32,000 bases of DNA from Pseudomonadota bacterium (GTDB lineage: Bacteria; Pseudomonadota; Alphaproteobacteria; UBA2136; UBA6156): NCBI GenBank assembly GCA_016125035.1, contig WGMN01000001.1, positions 4,617 through 36,616 of the forward strand. The letters run 5' to 3'. Shown piece by piece: positions 17,575-27,399 of the stretch (its first letter is position 1; each line of letters opens with the position of its first letter). The position numbers and the translations under genes were made by a program. A model generated the notes under the pieces. It was not told the origin of the DNA, made no database searches, and saw only the letters and a list, made by a program, of their open reading frames with translations.

Positions 17575-18309
17575 TTAGATGCTGGAGAGATCCACCCGGA
17601 CGGCGGGGCTCATGGTGCTGGAAATGGCCAGCTTGAGCATGTAGTTGGAGGTGGCACCGGTGGGCTTGGCGGCGCGCACGGCTTCCACCAGGGCCTTGAT
17701 GTTGGCGGCGAGGTGCTTTTCATCAAAGCTGCGCTTACCGACACCGGCCTGGATGATCCCGGCCTTTTCCACCTTGAACTCGATCAGGCCGGACTTTTGG
17801 TCTTTGACCGCCTTGGCCACGTTGGGCGTGACGGTGCCGAGCTTGGGGTTGGGCATGAGGCCCTTGGGGCCCAGCACGCGGGCGACCTTGCCCAGCGCGG
17901 CCATCATGTCCGGCGTGGCGACGAGCTTGTCGAAGTCGATCTTGCCGGCCTCGATAGCGGCGATGAGGTCGGCGTCGCCGACCACGTCGGCGCCGGCGGC
18001 CTTGGCATCCGCCGCGGCCTGGCCCTTGGCGACCACCGCCACGCGCACGGTTTTGCCGGTGCCATGGGGCAGCGCCACGGTGCCGCGGACCATTTGGTCG
18101 TTATATTTGGGATCAACACCCAGGTTGAGCGCCACGTCGACCGACTCGTCGAACTTGGCGGCGGGCATGGACTTGAGCAGCTTGACGGCTTCCGCCAGGC
18201 TGTAAGCCTTGAGTTTGTCGTAGGCCGGGTAGCTCTTCTTCGGCTTGGCCGAGGTGAGCTTGGTACCGGCCTTTTTGGCCTTGGCAGGCGCTTTGGATTT
18301 GGTAGCCAT
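17575..18309 (-). CDS. rplA: 50S ribosomal protein L1 with Lys-rich N-terminal extension
   Basis: YSLAEAVKLLKS...RGTVALPHGTGKTVRVAVVAKG...ARVLGPKGLMPNPKLGTVTPNV. Confidence 0.98.
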   Translation of the reverse strand: MATKSKAPAKAKKAGTKLTSAKPKKSYPAYDKLKAYSLAEAVKLLKSMPAAKFDESVDVALNLGVDPKYNDQMVRGTVALPHGTGKTVRVAVVAKGQAAADAKAAGADVVGDADLIAAIEAGKIDFDKLVATPDMMAALGKVARVLGPKGLMPNPKLGTVTPNVAKAVKDQKSGLIEFKVEKAGIIQAGVGKRSFDEKHLAANIKALVEAVRAAKPTGATSNYMLKLAISSTMSPAVRVDLSSI

Positions 18310-18324
18310 AATGTTTTTCCCCGC

Positions 18325-18756
18325 TTAGTCGACGACGGTCAGGCCCATGGAACGGGCGCTGCCTTCGATGATCTTGGTAGCCGCTTCAATGCTCTCGGCA
18401 TTGAGGTCGACCATTTTGGCCTCGGCGATTTTACGCACTTCGGCGCGCTTGACCTCACCCACAGGTTTGTTGGGAGTGGCCGCGCCTTTTTGGATTTTGG
18501 CGGCCTTCATCAGGTACCAGCTGGCCGGCGGCGTCTTCATCTCGAAGGTGAAGGTGCGGTCGCCATAAGCGGTGATGATGACAGGAACCGGCGTGCCAGG
18601 CTGGAACTTGGGCGGCTGGGTGGCCGCGTTGAACGCCTTGCAGAATTCCATGATGTTAAGGCCTTTTTGGCCCAGGGCCGGACCCACGGGCGGGGCCGGG
18701 TTGGCTTGCCCAGCCGGCACTTGCAGCTTGACGTAGCCAGCGATTTTCTTCGCCAT
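18325..18756 (-). CDS. rplK: 50S ribosomal protein L11
   Basis: [46 protein letters not shown]. Start reassigned from 18789 to ATG 18756. Confidence 0.98.
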   Translation of the reverse strand: MAKKIAGYVKLQVPAGQANPAPPVGPALGQKGLNIMEFCKAFNAATQPPKFQPGTPVPVIITAYGDRTFTFEMKTPPASWYLMKAAKIQKGAATPNKPVGEVKRAEVRKIAEAKMVDLNAESIEAATKIIEGSARSMGLTVVD

Positions 18757-18809
18757 TTCATATACTTTCGTTCGGTTTTGAACTTCCACATGCGCGCACG
18801 TGGTAGGGC

Positions 18810-18838
18810 CGTATAGCGGGGGGCGCGGGGGGTGTCAA
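18810..18838 (-). promoter_or_regulatory. sigma70-type promoter of rplKA
   Basis: Minus strand TTGACA (18833-18838) - 17 bp - TATACG (18810-18815). Confidence 0.75.
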
Positions 18839-18917
18839 GTGCGCCTTTTTGTGCGGCAGGGGGGTTGGCGGCGGCCGCAGACCAGCTTAATGTGGTGGCA
18901 AAATAAAGGGTTAGCCT

Positions 18918-20579
18918 ATGACGTGGTTCCTCATCGCTTTGGCAGAAGTGTGGCGCTGGCGCTGGAAAGTTGGCCTTCCGGTGCTGTTGGGCGCGGTGTG
19001 GGGAGCGGCCCAAGTGCTTGTTTACCCTGAAGTTTACCAGGCGCGCGCGCTGCTGCAATTGCAGAGCGAACAGGCGCGTGAGCCGCTGCTGCAGAAGATT
19101 ACCGCGCGCGGGCATAAAGAGGCACTTTATCAGAAGCTTACCGCACCAGATGTGCTGGCCGACAGCGGCCGCGAGGCGGGCATGCCGCTGCGCGCGGAAA
19201 ACGTGGATCTGGTGGTGTTCAACGACCACTTCATGGGCATAAGTTACAAGAGCACCAAGCGCGAAGGTCTTGAGCAAGCTGTTGATTCGCTTGGGTTTAA
19301 TTTTATCCAGCAGGTGCTGGCGCCGGAGCGCAGCCGCATTGAGCAGATGCTGAACGTGGCCAAGCAACAGATGGTGGATGTGCTGGTGCAGATAAGCGAC
19401 CTGAACAAGGCGGCAAATGGCGGCGATTCGCGGCAGAACGCGGCGGATGACGCGGCGGATGACGGCGAAAACGCGGCAACAGAGGTGCAAGGTGCGGCAA
19501 TTGGTGCAAGGGAAGAGTTGGAGTTAAAGCGCAAGCAGCTGGAGACCGACATTGTGCAGCTGCAGACCGACCTGCAACTGGTGAACACCGCCTTTGACCG
19601 CGACGGCAGCCAGGCGTTGCTGTGGTTTGCCCAGCCGGCGACGCTGATGCCGGTGACGCCGCGTGTGGCGCGGCTGGCGCTGTGGATGCTGTGGGGCGGC
19701 ATGGTGGGCTTTGCCGCAGGTTGGCTGGTGTTTGTTATGCCGCGGCGCTGGCGCCAGGGCGTGGTCGGCGCGCGTGATGTGCAGCAGGCCTGCGGCCTGC
19801 CGCTGTTGGGGCAGTTGCCCTGGCTGGGGCGTTTGAAGATTGACCACGGCGGCGCGCATGTGAAGGCGCAAGGCCGTGTGCTGCGGCCGAGCGGTTTTGG
19901 CGAAGTGGGCAGATTGCAAGCCACCTTGCTGAAAACCGTGCGCGGGCCGCTGGTGCTGGTGGGGGCGAATGGGCTGGAGGGTGTTTCCACCCTGGCGCTG
20001 CTGCTGGGCGAGAAGGCGGCGACATTGGGCAAGAGCGTGGTGGTGGTGGACTTGAACCTGAAGAACCGTGGCCTGACCCACATGCTGGGCCTGCGCGGCG
20101 ATGACTGGGAGATGCCCAAAAAAGGCAAGGCCAAGGGGCCCGAGTGGAGCGCGCTGCAGCCGATCAGCGGGGTGGAGCACCTGAAAGTGCTGCCCGCCCC
20201 CACCAAGGGCAGCACGCTGGCGGCGCTGGGTGAGCCCGGCGGTTTGGCCGCGCTGATGGATGCCCTGGGCGAGATGGCAGATGTGGTGATTGTGGACGCC
20301 AGCCCGGTGGGTGCCACCAACCGTGCCAACGTGGATGCGGTGGCGGTGGGCGGCGTGGCCGGCAAGGTGGTGCTGGTGGGCCAGAGCAGCCTGACCACCC
20401 CGGGTGATCTGCGCCATGCCGCCGACACCCTGCTGCTGAGCGGCGCGGCGCTGAGCGGGGTGGTGCTGAACCAGCAGTTTGAGCCCAGCCGCAGGCAGTT
20501 GGTGGGGGAGTTCGCCGACTGGCTGGGGCCGCTGGGGCGCCCGCTGCGGCGCGCAGCGGCGGATGCGAAGCTGGAGTAG
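18918..20579 (+). CDS. Polysaccharide co-polymerase / BY-kinase-like protein with degenerate P-loop
   Basis: Two TM segments flank a coiled-coil region (Wzz/GumC-like); C-terminal ParA/BY-kinase-like fold with VLVGANGLEGVSTLALLLG, SVVVVDLNLKNRGLTHMLG and ADVVIVDASPVG. Confidence 0.7.
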   Translation: MTWFLIALAEVWRWRWKVGLPVLLGAVWGAAQVLVYPEVYQARALLQLQSEQAREPLLQKITARGHKEALYQKLTAPDVLADSGREAGMPLRAENVDLVVFNDHFMGISYKSTKREGLEQAVDSLGFNFIQQVLAPERSRIEQMLNVAKQQMVDVLVQISDLNKAANGGDSRQNAADDAADDGENAATEVQGAAIGAREELELKRKQLETDIVQLQTDLQLVNTAFDRDGSQALLWFAQPATLMPVTPRVARLALWMLWGGMVGFAAGWLVFVMPRRWRQGVVGARDVQQACGLPLLGQLPWLGRLKIDHGGAHVKAQGRVLRPSGFGEVGRLQATLLKTVRGPLVLVGANGLEGVSTLALLLGEKAATLGKSVVVVDLNLKNRGLTHMLGLRGDDWEMPKKGKAKGPEWSALQPISGVEHLKVLPAPTKGSTLAALGEPGGLAALMDALGEMADVVIVDASPVGATNRANVDAVAVGGVAGKVVLVGQSSLTTPGDLRHAADTLLLSGAALSGVVLNQQFEPSRRQLVGEFADWLGPLGRPLRRAAADAKLE

Positions 20580-20585
20580 GCACGC

Positions 20586-20616
20586 AAAAAAGCCGCCGGT
20601 TACCGGGCGGCTTTTT
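20586..20616. terminator. Hairpin between the convergent polysaccharide-related genes
   Basis: aaaaaagccgcc-ggttacc-gggcggctttttc. Confidence 0.75.
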
Positions 20617-20641
20617 CTTCGTTTCGGGCGCGGCGCGGGGG

Positions 20642-21478
20642 TTAGGCCGCGTCGCGCTGGTTTTCCAGCATGTCGGCGATGAAGCCGGGCTGGGCCAGGT
20701 CTTCCAGGCTGCCTTGGTAGGAACTGGCCAGTGTGGCGCAGAAGCGCTCGACCTCCTGCGTGGTCTTGGCGTAGAGCGTACCTGAGTCGGCATCGGCCGG
20801 CGTGAGGCGGTTGAACGCGTAGACCACGCTGCCCATGGGGTGCCCGATGACCGGGATGCCCATGCGCAGTGCGCGGATCAACAGCTCGGAGTTAAAGCCG
20901 ATGACCAGGCGTGCTTGCGCGAGGTGCTCTTCCGCCGTGGGACCATCCTTGGGAGAATGGCGGTGGCGGATGATCACGTCACGCTGCCAGTTGATGTGCC
21001 GGGGCAGTTGGTGGCGCACCCAATCGATAAAATCCTCGGGGCTATAGTCGAAGATCTCACCGAAGCGGGGGCTGTGCGGGAGGACCAGGATCTTCTGGCC
21101 TTCTTCCACCCTGCGGTAAGGCAACACCGACACGCCGAGGCGCGCCAGGATGCGTTGGTAGGGCCGGGTTGCCACCAGCACTTTGGGCTGGAAGCCCATC
21201 CACACCAGGCGGAAGTACGTGCCGCGGATGGTGGGATCACCGAACCAGGCGTGGTCTATCACCACATAGGCCCAGCCGGAACGGATGAGCTGGGCGATGG
21301 GCGCGCGCGACTGCCCGGTGTAGACCGCCGAGATGATCGGCACCTCTCCCCCCTGCAAGTTGGGCAGGAGCGAGAGCGGGCGGATATCACACTGCAGGCC
21401 ATCGAACACCGCCTTGAACATGGCGTTGACGCTGGGTTCTGCCGGGAAGGGTAAAGGAACAAAAAGGACATACCGCAC
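20642..21478 (-). CDS. Glycosyltransferase/capsule-biosynthesis-like protein
   Basis: IIRHRHSPKDGPTAEEHLAQARLVIGFNSELLIRALRMGIPVIGHP resembles the C-terminal site region of GT-B/capsule proteins. Confidence 0.5.
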   Translation of the reverse strand: MRYVLFVPLPFPAEPSVNAMFKAVFDGLQCDIRPLSLLPNLQGGEVPIISAVYTGQSRAPIAQLIRSGWAYVVIDHAWFGDPTIRGTYFRLVWMGFQPKVLVATRPYQRILARLGVSVLPYRRVEEGQKILVLPHSPRFGEIFDYSPEDFIDWVRHQLPRHINWQRDVIIRHRHSPKDGPTAEEHLAQARLVIGFNSELLIRALRMGIPVIGHPMGSVVYAFNRLTPADADSGTLYAKTTQEVERFCATLASSYQGSLEDLAQPGFIADMLENQRDAA

Positions 21479-21637
21479 CTGTACCTCCTGGGTTGGTGTG
21501 CGATGGATTTGGGCAAGATATGGTTGAGAACAGGCCCTTTTGCAAGGGTTGGAGGCAACTTAGGGGCCTTGTGAGACCCCTCGCGCGCGCGCCGGCGCTG
21601 TGGCATAGTGGGTGGCTATTGAACAGGAACGTGGTGC

Positions 21638-23065
21638 ATGGGCCTTGGTGTTTTGGATTGGGTGGTGTTTTTGGGGGCGTTGGCGTGCACGCTGGCGGCC
21701 GCTTTTTACGCCCGCGGCTTGCGCGGCGCCAATGACCGCAGCGAGGCGGTGGCGGGCCGGAGCATCGGGCCGTGGCTGCTGGGCCTTTCCGCCGGGGCTA
21801 CCGGCAACAGCGGGGTGGCCTTAACCGCCTGCGTGGGGCTTGGCTACAGCTACGGCCTGATGTGGCTGGCCCTGCCCCTGGGCTGGCTGCTGGGGGATAT
21901 TATCTTCTGGCTGTTTTTGGCCGAGCGGTTGAATGCCGTTTCGCGCCGGGTGGATGCGGTGACCCTGCCGGAGATGCTGTACAAAGGTTGCCAGGGCGCC
22001 AAGAGCCCCCTGCCCCGCAAGCTGCTGGGCTTGCTCATCCCCCTGCTGAGCATGGGGTATGTGGGGGCGCAGTGGCTGGCAGCGGGCAAGATTGCCGGGC
22101 TGGTGCTGGGGTTGCCGGTGGTGGCCTGCACGCTGGCATTTGCGCTGTTTGTGATTGGTTATACCGCCTTTTCAGGTGTGCGCGGCTCTATCTACACCGA
22201 TTTTGTGCAGGCCATCTTTATGCTGCTGCTGGTGGCCGGTGTGGCGGTGGCGCTGGCCATGGCCTGGCATCCGGCGGTTTATCTGCCCGCGGAGGTGCCG
22301 GAAGGATTCTTCAGCCTGCTGGGCAGCGGCCCGTGGTGGCATGCCCCCCTGCTGGTGCTGGGTTTTGCGGTGATGGCGGTGGGCTTTGACCTGGGGCAAC
22401 CGCAGATGGCGGCGCGCTGGATGACCGGAGACAGTGCCGCCACCATGCGCAAGGCACGCTGGGTTTACATTGGTTTCATCCAGGCGACGTTTATGACCTT
22501 TATGCTGTTTGGCGTGGTTTTTCGGCTGCTGATGCCGCATCTGGCCGACCCTGAGCAAGGGCTGGCGGCCTTTGTGGTGGGCTTTGGCGGCATGGGCATG
22601 GTGGGGCTGTTGCTGGCCGGCGCGGTGGCCACCATTGCCTCCACCGCCTCGGGCATTATTTCAGTGGGGGCGGAAATGGTGCGGCTGGACTTGTTGCCCG
22701 GCGTGTTGCGCGGCAAGGCCGGGCTGGCGCTGGCGGTGCTGATGGTGGGGGTGGTTTCGCTGGCGGCGATCCCGCTGGCGCATACCGATATTCTGGCCAT
22801 GGCGCTGACCGCCGTGGGCTTGATGAGCGCGGTGCTGCTGGCGCCGATGCTGTGGGTGGTGATGGGCTGGATGCAGACCCAGGCCGCCATGATGGCAAGT
22901 GTGCTGGCCGCGCTGGCGGCGGCGGTGTTGTGGATGCACCTGGGCCTGAGTGGCACGTTGAACGAAGTGGTACCCGGCGCGCTGGCCGGGGTGCTGGTGA
23001 TGCTGGCGGCGGGCGGCGGGCGGAAAGTGGCGGCGCCGGTGAAGAAGAAAGCGCGGCGCGGTTAG
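21638..23065 (+). CDS. Sodium:solute symporter (SSS) family transporter
   Basis: Multi-TM protein; [35 protein letters not shown] and [22 protein letters not shown] are SSS/PutP-like. Confidence 0.8.
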   Translation: MGLGVLDWVVFLGALACTLAAAFYARGLRGANDRSEAVAGRSIGPWLLGLSAGATGNSGVALTACVGLGYSYGLMWLALPLGWLLGDIIFWLFLAERLNAVSRRVDAVTLPEMLYKGCQGAKSPLPRKLLGLLIPLLSMGYVGAQWLAAGKIAGLVLGLPVVACTLAFALFVIGYTAFSGVRGSIYTDFVQAIFMLLLVAGVAVALAMAWHPAVYLPAEVPEGFFSLLGSGPWWHAPLLVLGFAVMAVGFDLGQPQMAARWMTGDSAATMRKARWVYIGFIQATFMTFMLFGVVFRLLMPHLADPEQGLAAFVVGFGGMGMVGLLLAGAVATIASTASGIISVGAEMVRLDLLPGVLRGKAGLALAVLMVGVVSLAAIPLAHTDILAMALTAVGLMSAVLLAPMLWVVMGWMQTQAAMMASVLAALAAAVLWMHLGLSGTLNEVVPGALAGVLVMLAAGGGRKVAAPVKKKARRG

Positions 23066-23409
23066 CTGCCGGAGCCGGGTTTCTCGGAAAATTCCGGGCG
23101 TTTTTCCTCCGCCGTGCGGTCGGCTTGCTGTTCGGCTTCCGGCAGCGGGCCCTTGGATTCCTGGATATTGGGCCACAGCGCCGAATAGCGCGCGTTGAGC
23201 TTGGCCCATTCCAGCTCTATCGGCTTGAGCTCTTCATCTGACTTGATGGCCTCGATCGGGCATTCCGGCTCGCACACGCCGCAGTCGATGCATTCGTCTG
23301 GGTTGATGACCAGCATGTTCTCGCCCTCATAAAAGCAATTGACCGGGCAGACCTCGACGCAATCGGTGTAGCGGCACTTGATGCATTTGCCCGTAACGAC
23401 GAACGGCAT
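23062..23409 (-). CDS. fdxA: FdxA-type ferredoxin (3Fe-4S/4Fe-4S)
   Basis: [55 protein letters not shown]. Its stop overlaps the symporter stop by convergence. Confidence 0.93.
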   Translation of the reverse strand: MPFVVTGKCIKCRYTDCVEVCPVNCFYEGENMLVINPDECIDCGVCEPECPIEAIKSDEELKPIELEWAKLNARYSALWPNIQESKGPLPEAEQQADRTAEEKRPEFSEKPGSGS

Positions 23410-23560
23410 GGTGGGAACCTTTCCTTAAAAACACGGCTTTATGCGCCGGTTATAGGGAATCGGCCGCGGCGATGCAAGCAGCAATGCGGTAGCGCACCGG
23501 CCACATGGGGTGCCCCCGCTTGCGCGCGGGCGGGGGACGCGCGCGGGGAAAGCCGCTAGG

Positions 23561-24586
23561 ATGGCGGCAATAATGGCAAAAATGTGCTTACCGCTGCTGA
23601 TGTTGCTGCTGGCCGCGCCCGCGTGGGCCGACGAGCTGTTTGACGCGCAGGCGCAAGCCGCCCGTTACAGCCTGGACTTTGCCGCCATTGAGCCCGCCGC
23701 AGGTGAGGAAGCCCCCGCCGGCGCAGGGCACACCCCCGCCGCCACGGAGGAAGAGCCCGCGGTGGTGGTGGATGGGGTGGATGAGGCCGCGCCTTCAGCC
23801 AGTGAAGCGCATGATGATGCCGCCGCCAACGAAGGCGAGCACGCGGCAGGCGAGGGTGAAGGGCATGCGCCCAAGAAGAAATCGCCGGTGAAGCCGCTGC
23901 CCCCGGAGCTGCCCAAGGTGACCATTGGCGGGGTGCCGGTGATCACCCATGAGATGCAGATCGCCGAGGCGGTCTCGGAGAGTACGCCGCAGGCCTTTAA
24001 GCAGCGCGGGATGGATGAATTTTTGGCGCACAGGGCGAATATCATCCCCTACGCGCACGACCCTTCACGCGGGGAGCTGGATGCGCCGGTGCAGGTGGTG
24101 CTGTTTGAAGACCTCTCCTGCGGGCAGTGCCTGCCGCAGATGGCCGCCATTGATGCCAAGCTGGCAGACTACACCAGCCAGACACATGTGGTGCAGGTGC
24201 TGGCCGCCAGCGCCCGCTACCAGGACACCAACCTGACCGCCTTTTACGGCAAGGTGGCACAGCGGGTGGGCAAGTTTTGGGACTATCGCGCCAAGGTTAT
24301 TGCCGGCAACCTGACCGACCCCGATGCCTTGTTTGACCTGCTGGTGGATACCGGCGTGCCCGCCCGCACCGTGCGCAGCATGATGCAAAGCGAAGCGCGG
24401 CGCTTTTACCGCGAGCTGGACGCCGACAGCCTGCTTGCCCGCACCTTTGCCGTGGGCAAGCCGCCGGTGGTTTATGTGAACGGCATCCGCGTGGGGGAAG
24501 GCGGCCTGCCGCTGGATAAATTAAGTGACGTGCTGAGCTACGTGACCGGCCGCATTGCCCACGGCCTGCCGGAGCCCCCCCTATGA
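23561..24586 (+). CDS. Periplasmic DsbA-like thioredoxin-fold protein
   Basis: Signal peptide MAKMCLPLLMLLLAAPAWA; acidic linker; VVLFEDLSCGQCLPQMAAID with CxxC; VGKPPVVYVNGI cis-Pro region. Confidence 0.75.
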   Translation: MAAIMAKMCLPLLMLLLAAPAWADELFDAQAQAARYSLDFAAIEPAAGEEAPAGAGHTPAATEEEPAVVVDGVDEAAPSASEAHDDAAANEGEHAAGEGEGHAPKKKSPVKPLPPELPKVTIGGVPVITHEMQIAEAVSESTPQAFKQRGMDEFLAHRANIIPYAHDPSRGELDAPVQVVLFEDLSCGQCLPQMAAIDAKLADYTSQTHVVQVLAASARYQDTNLTAFYGKVAQRVGKFWDYRAKVIAGNLTDPDALFDLLVDTGVPARTVRSMMQSEARRFYRELDADSLLARTFAVGKPPVVYVNGIRVGEGGLPLDKLSDVLSYVTGRIAHGLPEPPL

Positions 24587-26718
24587 GCAGGTTGACCACC
24601 GCGCTGCGCCAATTGCAGGAGAAGATCGCCGACCGGCAGCGCGGCAGGCGCGCCCAGCGCATTGCCAAGGCCAAGGCGGATGGCGCGGGGCCGCGAACCT
24701 CGGCCCGGTTGAGCACCTTTGCCCCGGCGGCGGACGTGGCCAGCCTGTTTGAGAATATTGCGGCGGCGGTGAACGCCGATATTTTGCGCTACACCCCGCC
24801 CGCCATGGCCGCCGGGCAGCCTGTTGAAGCGCCCGAGGATGAGGCCCTGTTGGCCCCGCAGGCCGCGCCCGCCCCCCCTGCCCCCGAGCCTGCCGCGCCA
24901 GCGCAGCTGGAAGAACCCCCCGCCGGGCCGCCGCCGGTGGTGCTGACGCCGCCCGCCGAGATTTTGGCCGCGCGGGCCCTTGCGCATGGTGAGGCGTTGG
25001 CCCCGCAGGCCGCAGCCACGCCACCCGCGCGCGCCGCAGGCGGCCTGGCCACCACCGCCCACCTGCACAGCCTTTATGAGGCCTGGCAGCCGATTGAACA
25101 CCTGTTGATGCAAGAAGGGGCCGACCATCTGCCGCCCACCTACCGGCCATGTTACGCCTTTTTAAAGGGTGAGCTGGATGCCCTGAGCAACGACCCCAGC
25201 CCCACCCACCCCACGCCCGCGCCGTTGCTGGCCAAAATAAAACAGGCGGTGACCGCTTTTGCCGACCGCCGCACCAACGACACCCTGACCTTGCTGAAAA
25301 ACGCCCTGGGCGGCGACCCGCACAACCCCACCCTGCTGGCGATGCTGAGCCAGGTGCTTTACCTGCTGGCCAGCACCGGCCAGCAGACCGTGTTGCCCGA
25401 GGCGCGCGATGTGGCCCAGCGCAGCACCATCCTCTCGGACAAATTGAAGCCTTCCAAGCTATTGTTTTATCGGTACATGGCGATCTCGTCAGAGATGGCC
25501 TTCAGCTCTGAGCGGGCCCTGGCGTGGCTGCGCGAGACCGGCTACCTGGACCCCATGTTGCTGACCGGGCCGCAGGGATTGTTTGCCGAACAGGGGCTTT
25601 ACTTGCGCGGTTGGGCGATGCTGGCGCGCATCCCCGTAGCGTTGTGGGACGAGGATGAATTTAGCGCCATGAAGGTTTTGATGGCCCAGGTGGTGGGCGG
25701 CGGCGCCATGTACATGCTGTGGTACCGCATGCCGCTGGTGCAGGCGCTGGCCACCAGCAAAGTGCCGCCGCCCGAAATAGGTGAGATGGAAAAATTGCTG
25801 GGCACCGCCCTGGCCCACCATGCCGAAGCCGCGGACGGGTTGGCGCAGATGCCGTTGGCGACTTCTCCGCTGCCGTGGTTTTTGCGCGTGCGCTTTTTGA
25901 ACACCGTGGCCAGCGTGGCGCCGGTACCCACCTTTGACCAGGTGCTGTGCATGGTGGCGTTGGACGGCCATAGCTGCCGCGAAGGCGTGCACCCGGACAA
26001 GGACCTGCGCGAACACCTGCACGACAGCAGCCTGAGCTACTGGCGGCTGTGGTGCAGCGTGGTGACCCCCTTTAAGGACGTGCAGCAGCCCTACCTTCTG
26101 CCCAGCGAGGAAACGGTGAACGACGCCGAGTTTTTAAGCGGCTTTGATGCCCTGCTGGGGGCTTTGAAGGAGGCCGAGTTGCAGCGCATCAAGCCCGACA
26201 TGTGGGAAGACCTGAAACCATGGATGACCCGCTGGCAGCTGGAACACCTGCTGGCCAGCGCCACCGGCAGCAGCAAACCGCGCAGCCGCTTTATGCCCAG
26301 CCTGGTGCCTTATACCCATTTTTATCATGCCTGGCAGGAGCCGGTGGTAAGTGCCGTGCTGGCCAGCGAGCTGATTTATGAAAACGCCCGGCGCGGCGCC
26401 TTTGCCAGCCTGTTTGAGATACAGGCGGCGTTTGAAGGCGCGGCCCGCCTGGTGGATGACCCGGTTTACGGCCTGTTGCCGGCGCAAAAGCGCGCACTGG
26501 CCGCCGCCAAAAAGCACAACCCCGAGAAGTTTGGCGGCATGACCCTGGACCTGGGCGGCAAAGGCAGCAGCGTGCTGTTGCTGATCATGCCGGTGGCATT
26601 GATCGGTGGAGTGGCGGCGATTGTGCAGATGAGCGCCAACTGGAGCCAGGCGATAGGCTTGATCTTAGCCCTGGCCGGGGTGGCTGGCGTGGTGCTGGTG
26701 AACCTGGGCCGGCGTTAG
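24583..26718 (+). CDS. Large uncharacterised protein with C-terminal TM hairpin
   Basis: Overlaps the upstream gene by ATGA; 711 aa; Pro/Ala-rich region; C-terminal VLLLIMPVALIGGVAAIVQM...AIGLILALAGVAGVVLVNL. No family recognised. Confidence 0.75.
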   Translation: MSRLTTALRQLQEKIADRQRGRRAQRIAKAKADGAGPRTSARLSTFAPAADVASLFENIAAAVNADILRYTPPAMAAGQPVEAPEDEALLAPQAAPAPPAPEPAAPAQLEEPPAGPPPVVLTPPAEILAARALAHGEALAPQAAATPPARAAGGLATTAHLHSLYEAWQPIEHLLMQEGADHLPPTYRPCYAFLKGELDALSNDPSPTHPTPAPLLAKIKQAVTAFADRRTNDTLTLLKNALGGDPHNPTLLAMLSQVLYLLASTGQQTVLPEARDVAQRSTILSDKLKPSKLLFYRYMAISSEMAFSSERALAWLRETGYLDPMLLTGPQGLFAEQGLYLRGWAMLARIPVALWDEDEFSAMKVLMAQVVGGGAMYMLWYRMPLVQALATSKVPPPEIGEMEKLLGTALAHHAEAADGLAQMPLATSPLPWFLRVRFLNTVASVAPVPTFDQVLCMVALDGHSCREGVHPDKDLREHLHDSSLSYWRLWCSVVTPFKDVQQPYLLPSEETVNDAEFLSGFDALLGALKEAELQRIKPDMWEDLKPWMTRWQLEHLLASATGSSKPRSRFMPSLVPYTHFYHAWQEPVVSAVLASELIYENARRGAFASLFEIQAAFEGAARLVDDPVYGLLPAQKRALAAAKKHNPEKFGGMTLDLGGKGSSVLLLIMPVALIGGVAAIVQMSANWSQAIGLILALAGVAGVVLVNLGRR

Positions 26719-27119
26719 CCGGTGTGGCGCAGGGCTTGGGGGGGAGCGGCTTCTTCCACCTGGGCAGGCAGCATGGACGCGCCGTGCAGCACCAGCGCCG
26801 CCTGGGTGCGGTTTTGCACCCCCAGTTTGGTATAGATGCTTTTAAGGTAGGTTTTGACCGTGCCGGGAGTGACGCCGAGCTCGGCCGCGATCTTCTGGTT
26901 GCTGAGGCCGTGGCGCAGCAGGCTGAGGATCTGGCCTTCCCGCGGGGTGAGGCCGGATGGGACAGACTGCTGCTGGCTGCTGCGCGCGGCAAGCAGGGCT
27001 TCGTCGATGAGGTGGGTGCATTCCTCATACTCTGCCTGGATGGCGGCGGGGATGTGCTGGCCTATGGCCAGCAGGTGCAGGCGGAGGCGGACAAGGCGTT
27101 CGGCAATGTTTTCTGGCAT
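26715..27119 (-). CDS. Small LuxR-type HTH regulator
   Basis: SGLTPREGQILSLLRHGLSNQKIAAELGVTPGTVKTYLKSIYTKLGVQNRTQAALV; no receiver domain. Confidence 0.85.
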   Translation of the reverse strand: MPENIAERLVRLRLHLLAIGQHIPAAIQAEYEECTHLIDEALLAARSSQQQSVPSGLTPREGQILSLLRHGLSNQKIAAELGVTPGTVKTYLKSIYTKLGVQNRTQAALVLHGASMLPAQVEEAAPPQALRHTG

Positions 27120-27302
27120 AAGAAGACCGTAGGGCCCTGCCGCCAGGGAACATAGACCCAGGGTTAATAAAAAAACGGCGAGATTATATGTATCAGCTAC
27201 TTAACTTATTTCACATCGGATATATTACGTTAGAGATATCCCCTAAGGGATACCCCGCAACCGGGGGCAGCCAAAAGCCCGGCCCCCCGGCGCAGGGAAG
27301 CC

Positions 27303-27331
27303 TTGACAGCGGGGGCGCGAGGCGCTAGACA
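27303..27331 (+). promoter_or_regulatory. Promoter of rpmG
   Basis: TTGACA (27303-27308) - 17 bp - TAGACA (27326-27331). Confidence 0.6.
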
Positions 27332-27399
27332 ACGCCAGACAAGCGGCCCTGCATGGGGCAGAGCGCCGCGGCAAGATTGATAAAGACGGGTTTAGAGTT

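Noticed and set aside
17473-18816. 447-aa plus-strand ORF opposite rplA/rplK
   Set aside because: Antisense frame over clear L1 and L11 genes and over the rplA terminator.
19244-20587. 447-aa minus-strand ORF opposite the co-polymerase-like gene
   Set aside because: Ser/Thr/Pro-rich shadow frame; the plus-strand frame has coherent TM, coiled-coil and ATPase-like motifs.
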